The position numbers and the translations under genes are program-made. From IMG/VR virus record IMGVR_UViG_3300043395_000996, positions 64,001 through 128,000 of that record: 64,000 nt of DNA; one strand, 5' to 3'. The stretch is from a virus. Numbering within the stretch: the stretch's first letter is position 1; each line of letters begins with the position of its first letter. This document shows, in pieces, positions 34,889-45,108 of the stretch. Below the pieces are notes generated by a model. It saw only the letters and a list, made by a program, of their open reading frames with translations. It was not told the origin of the DNA and ran no database searches.

Positions 34889-36619
34889 TTATTTGTATGT
34901 TGGTGAGAAATGATTGTATATTTGTGTTATTTCTGAACCAGCTAATTGTCTATTATAGAATAATACTGGTCCTATTTGACCCGTAAAGTAATAATTGTTC
35001 TCAGCGTAGTTACCACCAACCTGAATCATTGCTGATGTTGTGTAATCCTTTGCACCATTTGAAATAGTACCTACTGAAGAACCATCCAAATATCCAACGT
35101 TAGTTCCATTTAATTTAGCGGTGTATGCTACCATATACCAAACGTTTGTTGATAATGAGAATGTATTGCTACTATATTGAACAGTCGAACCTTCGTGTAA
35201 GAAGTATGTTCCACTACCATTTGAATTCAAATACAATGAGAATATTCTTGTACCACTTACATCTTGCTTATTAAAGAAGTTGTAATATCCATTTGCAGGA
35301 TGTGATGCGAATCTAACCCAACTCACAACAGTGAATTCCGATGTATTAAATTGAGTGTATCCACCATTGATATTTGTTGTACCATCTTTATACCAAAAGG
35401 CGTTTGAAGCACCTTGCCACCATTTTTCTTTTCTAGTTGCTCCCGCATTATATGCCGGATTTGATTTACCACTAACACCTGCTGCGTTTGAAACACCTGC
35501 TGGTCTTAAACCCGTATTATATCCACTTAAATCCAACCAATCGGCAGTTGCCGTACCACTCGTAGATGATGCTTTTGATGGGTCTAAATACATTCTTAAA
35601 CCAGATGATGGAATAAATGGTTGTGTAGTTGTACCTTTATTATGAGATACTAATCCGTTTGCTATATAAACGTCAGCTTGCTCTACGTTTACAGTTACAA
35701 TTTCAACATCCTCTTTTATAAATTCAATATTAGTGATTTCAACTTCAGTTTCATCTTGCATAATCAACTTATCACCAAAAAGAATATCACCTATGTTTTT
35801 AAATTTATATTTACCGATTTCATTATCCCAAACATATAATGGGTGAGTTTCGGTTGCTTTGATTAATCCATTATTCAATGAAACATATCCTTCTGCGAAA
35901 TTAAATGTTACATCGCTTACAATTACATTTTGAGTAGAACCTTCCAAAGAGTCTGAAAAATAGAATCTCCAATCAACTTGGTCTGATTCTGGGTCTTGAG
36001 TTTCATCCGGCAATCCTGCTGGCACCCAAGCCGTTAATTCATCACCAACATTTAAATCTTCAACATTTACAGATGTTCCATTTGCTAATTGAATTTGTGT
36101 TCCAAATAATAAACAAAAATCGGGTTGGTTAATTGTGTTATATACATCAACTGCGTATAATGTTTTAGTAGTTTCTACTCCATAGTTTGTTGCATTAATA
36201 TTGAATCCATCTTGATATTTCATTGTCAATACTGAAGATGCTTCCGAATAATTTGCTGCGTTGATTGCTGCTGGAGTTAATGCGAATTTAGCAGGGCCTG
36301 TACCATGTGATGGTGAACCTACTGAAAAGTTTGCATTACTAAAAGAACAAGTATAGTTGTTAGTTTGTTGTTGTACTTTGTTGTAGAAATAAGAACCTGT
36401 TGATGAGAATGTAAAATTAGCATCTTCCGATGTACTTTCTACAATATATGTATAAGTTGGTACGTTTACTGAAATTGCATCCGTTGCAAAACTTAACACA
36501 TTTACGTTACTACCAGCAGTTCCACCCGATAATTGTCCCATCGAAACCGCTTGAGTAGTTCTAGCTGAACCACTAACTGCTCTATGTAAATTTCCTAATG
36601 ATAGATTAGTTCTTGCCAT
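34889..36619 (-). CDS. Virion protein with an internal Hint (intein-like) domain and a C-terminal LamG/ConA-like domain
   Basis: CLLFGTQIQLANG...VEDLNVGD...KATETHP...VYIANGLVSHN at 36115-35639; then LRMYLDP...FTVVSWV...WYMVAYT...YLDG...GQIGPVLFYNRQL. Confidence 0.85.
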   Translation of the reverse strand: MARTNLSLGNLHRAVSGSARTTQAVSMGQLSGGTAGSNVNVLSFATDAISVNVPTYTYIVESTSEDANFTFSSTGSYFYNKVQQQTNNYTCSFSNANFSVGSPSHGTGPAKFALTPAAINAANYSEASSVLTMKYQDGFNINATNYGVETTKTLYAVDVYNTINQPDFCLLFGTQIQLANGTSVNVEDLNVGDELTAWVPAGLPDETQDPESDQVDWRFYFSDSLEGSTQNVIVSDVTFNFAEGYVSLNNGLIKATETHPLYVWDNEIGKYKFKNIGDILFGDKLIMQDETEVEITNIEFIKEDVEIVTVNVEQADVYIANGLVSHNKGTTTQPFIPSSGLRMYLDPSKASSTSGTATADWLDLSGYNTGLRPAGVSNAAGVSGKSNPAYNAGATRKEKWWQGASNAFWYKDGTTNINGGYTQFNTSEFTVVSWVRFASHPANGYYNFFNKQDVSGTRIFSLYLNSNGSGTYFLHEGSTVQYSSNTFSLSTNVWYMVAYTAKLNGTNVGYLDGSSVGTISNGAKDYTTSAMIQVGGNYAENNYYFTGQIGPVLFYNRQLAGSEITQIYNHFSPTYK

Positions 36620-36636
36620 TATATTTGATTATGTTT

Positions 36637-37632
36637 TTATATATTATAAATATCTAAAAGTTTTTGTTTCCATACATCTTTATTAGAAAAGTGCTGAATC
36701 ATCCAACTTTTAAGTTTTTCGAATTCCTTTTTACGGGTTTCGTAATCATCTTCACAAATCGTTTGGTAGGTCTGCTTAAATGTTGCCTCATCAATCGCTT
36801 TGTATTTATAGTCCAATGGTACACACCAATTTTCGTGTAATATTGGTAATTTCCCCCAATCCACAGCCTCAAAAATTCCATATCCGAAGGGTTCGTTGTT
36901 AAAGCACGAATGAGATATTCCCCAATCAAGCCCATAGAACCTTTCTTTATATTTGTAATCAAATTTGTAAACTTTGGATTTTTCGAACTTATATCCATAT
37001 TTTTGTTTATAATATTTTGTAAATGTTTCCGTATTTGTGGAAATAAATCCTTCAATACCATCCATATATTCTACATTCTTTCTACCTTCCACTCTAGCTG
37101 CATATCCCATTTTTAATGAATGAGATAATTCTTTATTTTGAACAAATTGATATGAATTTGGAATTTGATATAAATTTTCGGTTTTATATGGAAAATTATA
37201 TAATCCTACCCAAATTTTGTTTTTGATTTTATCAATCATTTCTGATTCATATTCCCAATTACCATACCAATGCAAATATTCTTCTTTTTGCATTTGCCCA
37301 ATAAGAGATACCTTTGTTAAATTGTGGAAAACAATTGAATTAATCTTTTCCAAATTTTGGTGAATAGCTCTGGTTGGAGTATAATGACCGTGCAATATAT
37401 GTATCCTTCTAGCACCATCTAATATTTTTATTATTTCATCTTCCGATGTTTCCCATATATGGTCTATATCAATCGGAAATTGTTCGTAATTATCAGGTTT
37501 TCTTCTATGGAACAAAAGAAGTGGTTTAACCTCCAAATGTGGTGCCACTTCTTTTATCCATTCAGTTACCCATATATCAGCACCGCTGTTGAACCAAGGT
37601 CCTCCAGCGGTGGTGTAGTAAACATCATACAT
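36637..37632 (-). CDS. GT-B (family 4-like) glycosyltransferase
   Basis: GGPWFNSGAD N-terminal loop, YAARVEGRKN and EPFGYGIFEAVDWG (ExFGxxxxEA motif). Confidence 0.75.
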   Translation of the reverse strand: MYDVYYTTAGGPWFNSGADIWVTEWIKEVAPHLEVKPLLLFHRRKPDNYEQFPIDIDHIWETSEDEIIKILDGARRIHILHGHYTPTRAIHQNLEKINSIVFHNLTKVSLIGQMQKEEYLHWYGNWEYESEMIDKIKNKIWVGLYNFPYKTENLYQIPNSYQFVQNKELSHSLKMGYAARVEGRKNVEYMDGIEGFISTNTETFTKYYKQKYGYKFEKSKVYKFDYKYKERFYGLDWGISHSCFNNEPFGYGIFEAVDWGKLPILHENWCVPLDYKYKAIDEATFKQTYQTICEDDYETRKKEFEKLKSWMIQHFSNKDVWKQKLLDIYNI

Positions 37633-37636
37633 TAAA

Positions 37637-40063
37637 TTATAAACCTAATTTTGATTTTAATTCGTCAATTTGTTTTTGTTGTTCTTTGATTGCTTCAACT
37701 AATAAACCAACCATTTTAGAATAATCCAAACCTAAATGCCCATCTTCTCTTTCCATTACTACTTCAGGTAATACTTCCTGAACTTCTTGTGCGATAAGAC
37801 CTGTATTAGGAGTTGTTTTGGTTACTTCGTTTACATCATCATTCCAAGTCCAAGTCACACCATTCAATTTAGATACTTTATCTAAAGCGTTTGGAATTAA
37901 TTTGATGTTAGATTTGAATCTTCTATCTGAAGAAAAATATGCAGTAATATCACCCGTTGCTGTAATTGCTCCGTTGATTGTTAAACCTGCGAAAGTTGGA
38001 GTTGCTGAAGTTGCTACCGATTGTCCGATAGAAATTGTTACTGCGCCAGTTGCTCCACTTACACTAACACCCGTTCCAGCTACTGCTGAAGTTACACCGG
38101 CGTTAGTTAATGTTACCGAACTACCCAATGCAACTGCTCCACCACCACTTAAACCACTTCCTGCGGTTACAGTTACTGAAGAGTTTGCTAATTGAGCGTT
38201 TGAAACAGTTCCAGTCACACCACTAAATGCGATTTGAGATGAACCTGAAACTACACCATCTCCATTTGTATTTAAATATCTACTATCAAATGTTGTAGTT
38301 AATTGTGCTGATGATGAAATTACACCTTCTGCATCTAATTTAGTTTTAACTCTAGCATCAGTATAGTATAAATTTGTTCCTTCTGGTAAGCTTGTAGTTG
38401 AACCTGCTCCTAAAATAGTTGCTGCTGAAATACTTCCACCTAATGAAGTTGAAGAACCAGCGATTGTGATTGAGCTATTTGTTAAAGAAGAGTTTCCAAT
38501 ATTTGTTAAAGTATTAGATGCTCCACTTATAGTTTTATTTGTTAAAGTTGCAGTCGCTGTTGCGAATGAACCTGTATATCCTTCTAATGAACTCAATCTT
38601 GCGTTTTGTGCAGATTGGTCAGTTGCGATAGAACCCGTTTGAGTTTCTAATGCTGATAATCTCGCATTTTGTGCAGTATTTGTAGTGTCATTTGAACCTG
38701 TATAAGTAGCTAATGTAGAGAATTTAGAATCAACACTCGCAGTATATGTTGCTAATGTAGAATCTTTACCTAATTGAGAACCACTAAATGCTTCTAATGA
38801 AGTTAATCTTGCATTTTGTGCAGATTGTTCGGTTGCAATTGAACCCGTTTCGGTTTCTAATGCTGATAATCTAGCATTTTGTGCTGCATCCGTTGCATTT
38901 GAAGATGTATAGAATGATGCAAAAGCGTTATCGTTTGTAGTATCAACCGAATTGATTAACGTTACGATTTCAGCAAAAGTATCATAATTTGCATCTGCTG
39001 AAGCAAGGATTGCATCAACTCTACCTTTTTCAGTAGAAATTCTACTATCCAAAGAAGAACTGAAAGCAGTGTATCCTGTTGTAGAAGAAATAGTTATTTG
39101 TGCTGAACTACTAACTACTGCATCTGCATCTAATTTACTCTTAATCGTTGTATTGATTGAAGATGTAAATGAGTTTAATGCGGATATCGCTGTATTTTGA
39201 GTTGAGTTTGTAGTATCGTTAGAGCCAGTATATGTGTTTAAAGAACTCAATATACCAACTACTTGTGCCGAGCTACTAACTACTGCTTCTGCGTTTAATT
39301 TAGTTTTAACTCTTGCATCGGTATAGTAAAGGTTAGAACCTTCAGCTACATTTGATGTAGATAAATTATCAATTGTTGAATCAAATGCCGCAGATACTGC
39401 TGATAATTCAGCATCAGTTGCGTAAGTTGAACCTAAATTTGAAATCGTAGTTGAAATTGCGCCAGATACAGAATTTAATTCAGCATCAGTTGCGTAAGTT
39501 GAACCTAAATTTGAAATCGTAGTTGCTACTGCTGCAGATACTGCTGATAATTCGGCATCAGTTGCAAATCCATTTCCTAAAGAAGATGAAAATGCTTCCA
39601 ATGAATCAATTCTATCTTCGTGATTAGAAGCAGTTGAAATTAATGCTGATACAGATGTATTTAAATTGGAAACATCTACTCCATCTACTGTACCACCTAC
39701 AACAATATTTCCTGCTATATACGCATCTTTGTATTTATAAGTAGAACTACCTAAATCAAATGCGTTATTATTTGATGGTATCAATGAAGAACTCAATGAT
39801 GCTACAACATTGATTGAATCGGAACTAGCATCACCAATTGTAATTGCTCCACCTAATGTAAGGTTTCCACCAATTGATGCATTGCCAGATACATTTAATT
39901 CACCGAATGTTCCAGTACTTCCTGTACCAGCTGCTGATAATACGATGTCGCCATTTGCTCCACCTATTAACAACGTTCCTAATGTTGTGTTTACATATGG
40001 TTCTCCGAATGCTAACGAACCTGATTGTTGTGCGGTTGTCCCACGTCTAAATTTAAGTGCCAT
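37637..40063 (-). CDS. Long tail fibre with a C-terminal peptidase S74 intramolecular chaperone
   Basis: MALKFRRG N-terminal motif, S/T/A-rich coiled-coil repeats, and SDRRFKSNI...GLIAQEVQEVLPEVV...LDYSKMVGLLVEAIKE. Confidence 0.9.
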   Translation of the reverse strand: MALKFRRGTTAQQSGSLAFGEPYVNTTLGTLLIGGANGDIVLSAAGTGSTGTFGELNVSGNASIGGNLTLGGAITIGDASSDSINVVASLSSSLIPSNNNAFDLGSSTYKYKDAYIAGNIVVGGTVDGVDVSNLNTSVSALISTASNHEDRIDSLEAFSSSLGNGFATDAELSAVSAAVATTISNLGSTYATDAELNSVSGAISTTISNLGSTYATDAELSAVSAAFDSTIDNLSTSNVAEGSNLYYTDARVKTKLNAEAVVSSSAQVVGILSSLNTYTGSNDTTNSTQNTAISALNSFTSSINTTIKSKLDADAVVSSSAQITISSTTGYTAFSSSLDSRISTEKGRVDAILASADANYDTFAEIVTLINSVDTTNDNAFASFYTSSNATDAAQNARLSALETETGSIATEQSAQNARLTSLEAFSGSQLGKDSTLATYTASVDSKFSTLATYTGSNDTTNTAQNARLSALETQTGSIATDQSAQNARLSSLEGYTGSFATATATLTNKTISGASNTLTNIGNSSLTNSSITIAGSSTSLGGSISAATILGAGSTTSLPEGTNLYYTDARVKTKLDAEGVISSSAQLTTTFDSRYLNTNGDGVVSGSSQIAFSGVTGTVSNAQLANSSVTVTAGSGLSGGGAVALGSSVTLTNAGVTSAVAGTGVSVSGATGAVTISIGQSVATSATPTFAGLTINGAITATGDITAYFSSDRRFKSNIKLIPNALDKVSKLNGVTWTWNDDVNEVTKTTPNTGLIAQEVQEVLPEVVMEREDGHLGLDYSKMVGLLVEAIKEQQKQIDELKSKLGL
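39404..39565 (+). repeat. 72-nt tandem repeat inside the fibre gene (24 aa unit, YATDAEL...)
   Basis: 50 identical nt at 39404 and 39476, with a partial third copy at 39548. Confidence 0.85.
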
Positions 40064-40132
40064 TTAGTTTACCTTTTTTTTAGTACGATTATTTTAATAT
40101 TTTTATGTTATTATGTAACTTCTTATAAATAT

Positions 40133-43100
40133 CTATTTATTTTCCAATCTATCAATTTTTGCTGATAATTCTTTAATTGCTTCAATTAAAAGTGGAACAA
40201 TTTTTTCATAGTTCACTGCTTTGTATCCAGCCGCTCTATCTATAACGGCTTGTGGTATTACTTTTTCAATTTCTTGTGCAATTACTCCGATATCATTTCC
40301 TGCATGTGAGTGAATTAATTCAAATCCCTCTTTCCAATCGTAAGTGTTACCACTAATTTGATTTACTTTTTCTAAAGCGTTTGGAATTGGAGTAATGTTT
40401 TCTTTTAATCTTTCATCGGATGTTGAAAATGCTACGATATCTCCCGTTGCTATAATTTCTCCAGCTATTCCACTTGCAGCAGTTCCAACTCCAATAGATG
40501 CAAATTGAACATTTGATGAAGTTGCTACTGCTTGTCCAATTGCTATTGTTGGGGTTGCATTCTCACCACTATTATTTGTAATAGTAATACCTGTTCCTGC
40601 AACTAATGATGCTACATAATCTCCCGTTGTTTGAGTTGCTAATGTAATATTACCAGCTGCTGAACCTAAATTGATTTGAGATGAACTCGAAACAATACCT
40701 TCACCCAATGTATTCAAATATCTGGCATCAAATTCAGTTGTAAGTTGAGATGAACCCGAAACTACACCTGTTGGTAATAATGGAATTATTTGAGAACTAC
40801 CACTTACAATACCATTTGGAATATTGGATAATCCAATATATGATATTTGAGATGAGCCAGAAACAATTCCTGTTCCTCCTAATATTTGTACTGAACTACT
40901 TACTAATGTATGAGTAGCTGATGCCTTTTCTTCAAAAATTGAATTAATTTGTGCCGATGAAGAAATTACTCCATTTGTTGCGGCAATAGAACCAACGATT
41001 GTATCACCCGTTATAGTTGCTGCTCTAAAATCTGCTAAAGTAAATGAAGCGTGAGATGTATCAATAGTACCCGATGGTTCTAATGTATATCCTTTGAATA
41101 CTTTCCAAGTACCATTATCAGATGCATCTCTGAAAATACCCGTATGTCCATATGTACCATCGTTGTAATTACCAACAACTCCCAAATCTGGGTTTGTTAT
41201 TGTTGAACCTTCATTTAAATAAATAAGGTTATCATTAATTGCTAAATTTTCAGAATTGATAATCGATTGAGTACCATATACAACTATGTCACCTAAAAAC
41301 GAAACAGTCGAACCTGTTAATTCAATTGCATTATCTAATGAATTTGTATATGAATTTAATGAACTTAATATATCTACTATTTGCGAACTACCACTCACCA
41401 ATGTGTGAGTTGCTGATGCTTTTTCTTCATATATAGAGCTCAATGATTGCGTATATGCATGTAATGCACTTAAATCAGCATTAACCGATGCGGTATAAAT
41501 TGCTAAATTATCATGCTTAATATTTTGAGATGCTGTATATGCCTGTAATGCAGCAAAGGATATTTGTGCACCACTTCCTAAATTGATAGATGTTGTATAT
41601 TCCAATTCATCTAAACGAGAATCAACCGAAGAACTAAATGGATTATAAACAGAACCAGTCCATGTATTAAATGATGCGGTAGCATTCATTAATGATGCGG
41701 TTGTTGTTTGTAATACACTAAATTTAGAATCAATAGATGCAGTATAAGTTTCTAAAGTATTTTGCTTTGATTCTAAAACATCTATTCTATCTTCGTGATT
41801 TGATGCAGTCCAATATAAACTAGCCGTAGTACTCATCAATGATGATGTTACGATTAATATTGTATCTTGCTTTGCTTCTAATATATCAATTCTACTTTCG
41901 TGGTCGGATGCCGTATCAAATAATTGATTACGATAGAAAGTATTTGATGCGGTATACGAATTCAACGATGATGTAGCTGCTTCTACTTCATCAAACTTAG
42001 CATCGATTGAAGATGTATATGTTTCTAATACGGAATCTTTTCCTTCTTGTGATGCTGAAAATTGTTCTATATTATTTAATCTACCTTCAGCGGATGCGGT
42101 AAAAGTATTCAATGAAGCCGTTACTATTGATAAAGTAGTTGCTCTACTTTCTAAACTTCCCGTTTCGGTTTCTAATGATAATAATCTAGCATCGTGTGAT
42201 TGAGATACATCTTGTAAATGTTTCAATCTATCATCAACAGACCAAGAATAAGCATTTACACTTGCACCATTTAATCCAACTATTGTAGATGAACTAATTG
42301 AACCTTCGATACCTAAATTTTTATTTAATTCAATTCTTTGATTTGTATCACTCCATACCAATGTTACGTTTGCACCATCAATTGTAACACCGGCGCCATC
42401 CGAAGTTGCAGATGATGTAGAGCCACTTGCAATTCTAATATTTTTATCAGCAACATTTAAAGTTGAAGATTGAACCGCAGTTGTTGTCCCAACTACCGTT
42501 AAATTTCCTTTAATAGTCGTATTACCATCGGTTACATCAATTGCGGTTTTAAGAGATGAAGTATATTCTTCAATTGAATCGATTCTACCTTCGTGATTAG
42601 ATGCAGTCCAAAATAATTCAGCTACATTTAAATTATTAGATGCAGTATAAGCATTTAATGATGATGTAGAAGATTGAACTGCTACAAATTTATCGTTTAT
42701 AGATGATGTATAAGATGCTAATGTGCTATTTTTAGATTCTTCCGATGCTGAAAATACGTTAATTGATGAAATATGAATATCAACAGAAGATGTATATGAA
42801 CCTAAAGTAGTAAATTTACTATCAATTGAAGATGTATAATTTCCTAATGTAGTTTGCTTATCCTCCAATACATCAATTCTATTTTCGTGATTTGATGCGG
42901 TTGAATACAATTCAGTTAAATTTGCATTAACTGATGAAGTGTAAGATGCTAAAGTTGTATTTTTAGATTCTTCGGAATTTTGAAAAGTTTCTAAACTATC
43001 TAATCTACCATCAACCGATGCAGAGAATTGTGTAACATTTCCAAATCCAATTATAGAACCACTAAAAGAACCTATTATAGATGAAGCAGATATATTTGTT

Positions 43101-43429
43101 GTGTAAATATTTGTCCAAGGTGAAGATGTAGTACCTATATCAATTGTTCCATTAGGTACTAAATTTGTTGTAAATTGTCCTAATGCTTGAATATTATCAG
43201 CAGTTGCGTTACCTAAATAAATGTTACCACCTATTCTCACATCACCCGATGCCGATATATTACCCTGTAAATTGATATCACCATATGCGGGTGCATTTAT
43301 TGGTAATAGACTATATACTTCCGAACCACTACCAAATTGAATTGCTCCTGAACTATAATTTAAATATAATTCGGCTTCTTGTAGTGATACTTCCGTTGAA
43401 CCTCGTCTTAATTGAACTATTGCTGCCAT
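40133..43429 (-). CDS. Long tail fibre with a C-terminal peptidase S74 chaperone
   Basis: MAAIVQLRRG N-terminus, coiled-coil repeats, and SDERLKENI...IGVIAQEIEKVIP...VNYEKIVPLLIEAIKE. Confidence 0.9.
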   Translation of the reverse strand: MAAIVQLRRGSTEVSLQEAELYLNYSSGAIQFGSGSEVYSLLPINAPAYGDINLQGNISASGDVRIGGNIYLGNATADNIQALGQFTTNLVPNGTIDIGTTSSPWTNIYTTNISASSIIGSFSGSIIGFGNVTQFSASVDGRLDSLETFQNSEESKNTTLASYTSSVNANLTELYSTASNHENRIDVLEDKQTTLGNYTSSIDSKFTTLGSYTSSVDIHISSINVFSASEESKNSTLASYTSSINDKFVAVQSSTSSLNAYTASNNLNVAELFWTASNHEGRIDSIEEYTSSLKTAIDVTDGNTTIKGNLTVVGTTTAVQSSTLNVADKNIRIASGSTSSATSDGAGVTIDGANVTLVWSDTNQRIELNKNLGIEGSISSSTIVGLNGASVNAYSWSVDDRLKHLQDVSQSHDARLLSLETETGSLESRATTLSIVTASLNTFTASAEGRLNNIEQFSASQEGKDSVLETYTSSIDAKFDEVEAATSSLNSYTASNTFYRNQLFDTASDHESRIDILEAKQDTILIVTSSLMSTTASLYWTASNHEDRIDVLESKQNTLETYTASIDSKFSVLQTTTASLMNATASFNTWTGSVYNPFSSSVDSRLDELEYTTSINLGSGAQISFAALQAYTASQNIKHDNLAIYTASVNADLSALHAYTQSLSSIYEEKASATHTLVSGSSQIVDILSSLNSYTNSLDNAIELTGSTVSFLGDIVVYGTQSIINSENLAINDNLIYLNEGSTITNPDLGVVGNYNDGTYGHTGIFRDASDNGTWKVFKGYTLEPSGTIDTSHASFTLADFRAATITGDTIVGSIAATNGVISSSAQINSIFEEKASATHTLVSSSVQILGGTGIVSGSSQISYIGLSNIPNGIVSGSSQIIPLLPTGVVSGSSQLTTEFDARYLNTLGEGIVSSSSQINLGSAAGNITLATQTTGDYVASLVAGTGITITNNSGENATPTIAIGQAVATSSNVQFASIGVGTAASGIAGEIIATGDIVAFSTSDERLKENITPIPNALEKVNQISGNTYDWKEGFELIHSHAGNDIGVIAQEIEKVIPQAVIDRAAGYKAVNYEKIVPLLIEAIKELSAKIDRLENK

Positions 43430-43459
43430 CTAATACTTTTATGTTTCTTATAAATATGA

Positions 43460-44299
43460 TTAAATATTAAAATCTAAATCTCCACTATTAGAGATATATT
43501 TTGCTAAATGCATATAATTTGCCGTTATACTACCCGTTACTACGTTCATAACGTTTTCACCAATAGATAGATATGTATTTCCACCAACTTTTACATCAAA
43601 TGAAGATGTGGTTGCTATGGCTTGAGTATTGCCCGTTGAATCTTCTATGAAGTTTACAGTCCCTGCTGCTTCCGGGTCTAAATTAAAATCAAATGTATTT
43701 GGTCCGGGTGCAATTCCAACTTCATTTCCATTTACTACTAATGAACCCGTTATATCTACCGAACCTGTAAATTGATGTATATCATCTAATGTGTTACCAA
43801 TTTTAGAACTTCCACTTTCGTAAAATATAGATGAAGAAATTACCGATATATTAAATTGTCTGGCATTAACTTCTCCTAAAATGGTTACGTTACCATCCAC
43901 CGAAAGTGAACCCGTTATTTCCGCACTTGCCGATAAAGCAAAGTGATTATGAATTATATTGAGTGTATCATTTATTTGTAAACCACTACCACTAATATCA
44001 CCACCGGCATCTATATCGCCTATTGTAATGATATCTCTACCAACGAAAACATCTCTTTGTATGTTTGCATCTTGTGCTGCTGCTATTTCACCAAATGAAC
44101 CCGTTTGGGTTAGATAAATAGAACCAGTTGTAGTGGAATCGGTTGTTACGATTGATTGAACAGACTCAATTGAACCTGAGCGTTTAAAAAATATTTTACC
44201 GTCATAAGTGTTTACGGCAATTTCTCCTAAATTAATAGAGCTTGTATCCGGCACCTTACCTGGCTGCGCCGAACGCTTCAGTACAATTGTTTGAGACAT
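43460..44299 (-). CDS. Short fibre / fibre adaptor protein
   Basis: TIVLKRSAQPGKVP...LGEIAVNTYDGKIF N-terminal module; close paralog of 44427-45044. Confidence 0.7.
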   Translation of the reverse strand: MSQTIVLKRSAQPGKVPDTSSINLGEIAVNTYDGKIFFKRSGSIESVQSIVTTDSTTTGSIYLTQTGSFGEIAAAQDANIQRDVFVGRDIITIGDIDAGGDISGSGLQINDTLNIIHNHFALSASAEITGSLSVDGNVTILGEVNARQFNISVISSSIFYESGSSKIGNTLDDIHQFTGSVDITGSLVVNGNEVGIAPGPNTFDFNLDPEAAGTVNFIEDSTGNTQAIATTSSFDVKVGGNTYLSIGENVMNVVTGSITANYMHLAKYISNSGDLDFNI

Positions 44300-44379
44300 A
44301 TCTAGTCTATTCTATTTAAATCGTTATAACAAAAAGAAAAGTAGTATATACTACCCTAATAAATATATATTTTTTAAAT

Positions 44380-44405
44380 AAAAAAACCCCACCGAAGTGG
44401 GGTTT
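44380..44405 (-). terminator. Rho-independent terminator with a cUUCGg tetraloop
   Basis: Sense AAACCCCAC-TTCG-GTGGGGTTTTTT. Confidence 0.9.
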
Positions 44406-44426
44406 AGTTTTTTTACTTTTTAACGA

Positions 44427-45044
44427 TTAGAATGAACCGGCGTCTATCATTGCAAATTGTGCTGCTACTGAAGCACTAAATGCCATAATATCACCTATTC
44501 CATATAATTGAGTGCTTCCCGTTGTAAACGTTGCGAAAGCGGTATCATTATATCTAAATTCTACTGCGTCTTGAGTAGTTGCTACTTTGTATAAAGAGCC
44601 CGATGCTTGGATGTATCCAATTGTTCCTGCGAATGGTTCTGAATTAAAATCAAAATCATCCGGTCTCATTGATGCGGTAACGCCAGAAATATATCTACCA
44701 TCACCTACTAAAAACGATGCTGAAACAATTGATGCGGATACTGCTCCTTGTATATCTAAATCACCATTACCAACTATATCTCCCGATATATACGCATCAC
44801 CTCCAACGTTGATATCATTTGTGATGTTTAATTCACCAAATGAACCCGTTCCGGTCAATGTTATTGAACCGGTGGTGATGGAATTAGTTGATACTAATGT
44901 TTCAATCGATTCAGAGGAACCCGACTTATGTAGATATACCTTACCATCATAAACGTTTATACCAAGCTCTCCTACAAGCAATGAGCCAGTATCAGGAACT
45001 TTTCCTGCTATTAGCGACCTTCTATGTAATAAATTTTGAGCCAT
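44427..45044 (-). CDS. Short fibre / fibre adaptor protein
   Basis: LLHRRSLIAGKVP...VGELGINVYDGKVYL; ends MIDAGSF. Confidence 0.7.
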   Translation of the reverse strand: MAQNLLHRRSLIAGKVPDTGSLLVGELGINVYDGKVYLHKSGSSESIETLVSTNSITTGSITLTGTGSFGELNITNDINVGGDAYISGDIVGNGDLDIQGAVSASIVSASFLVGDGRYISGVTASMRPDDFDFNSEPFAGTIGYIQASGSLYKVATTQDAVEFRYNDTAFATFTTGSTQLYGIGDIMAFSASVAAQFAMIDAGSF

Positions 45045-45108
45045 TGATTTTATTGTTTTTGATGTTCATTAATAATTTTTAAAATTACCTTTTGGTAAAT
45101 CTCATACG

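Noticed and set aside
35639-36115. Canonical mobile intein
   Set aside because: There is no endonuclease domain and the +1 residue is Lys, so it was treated as a BIL-like Hint domain.
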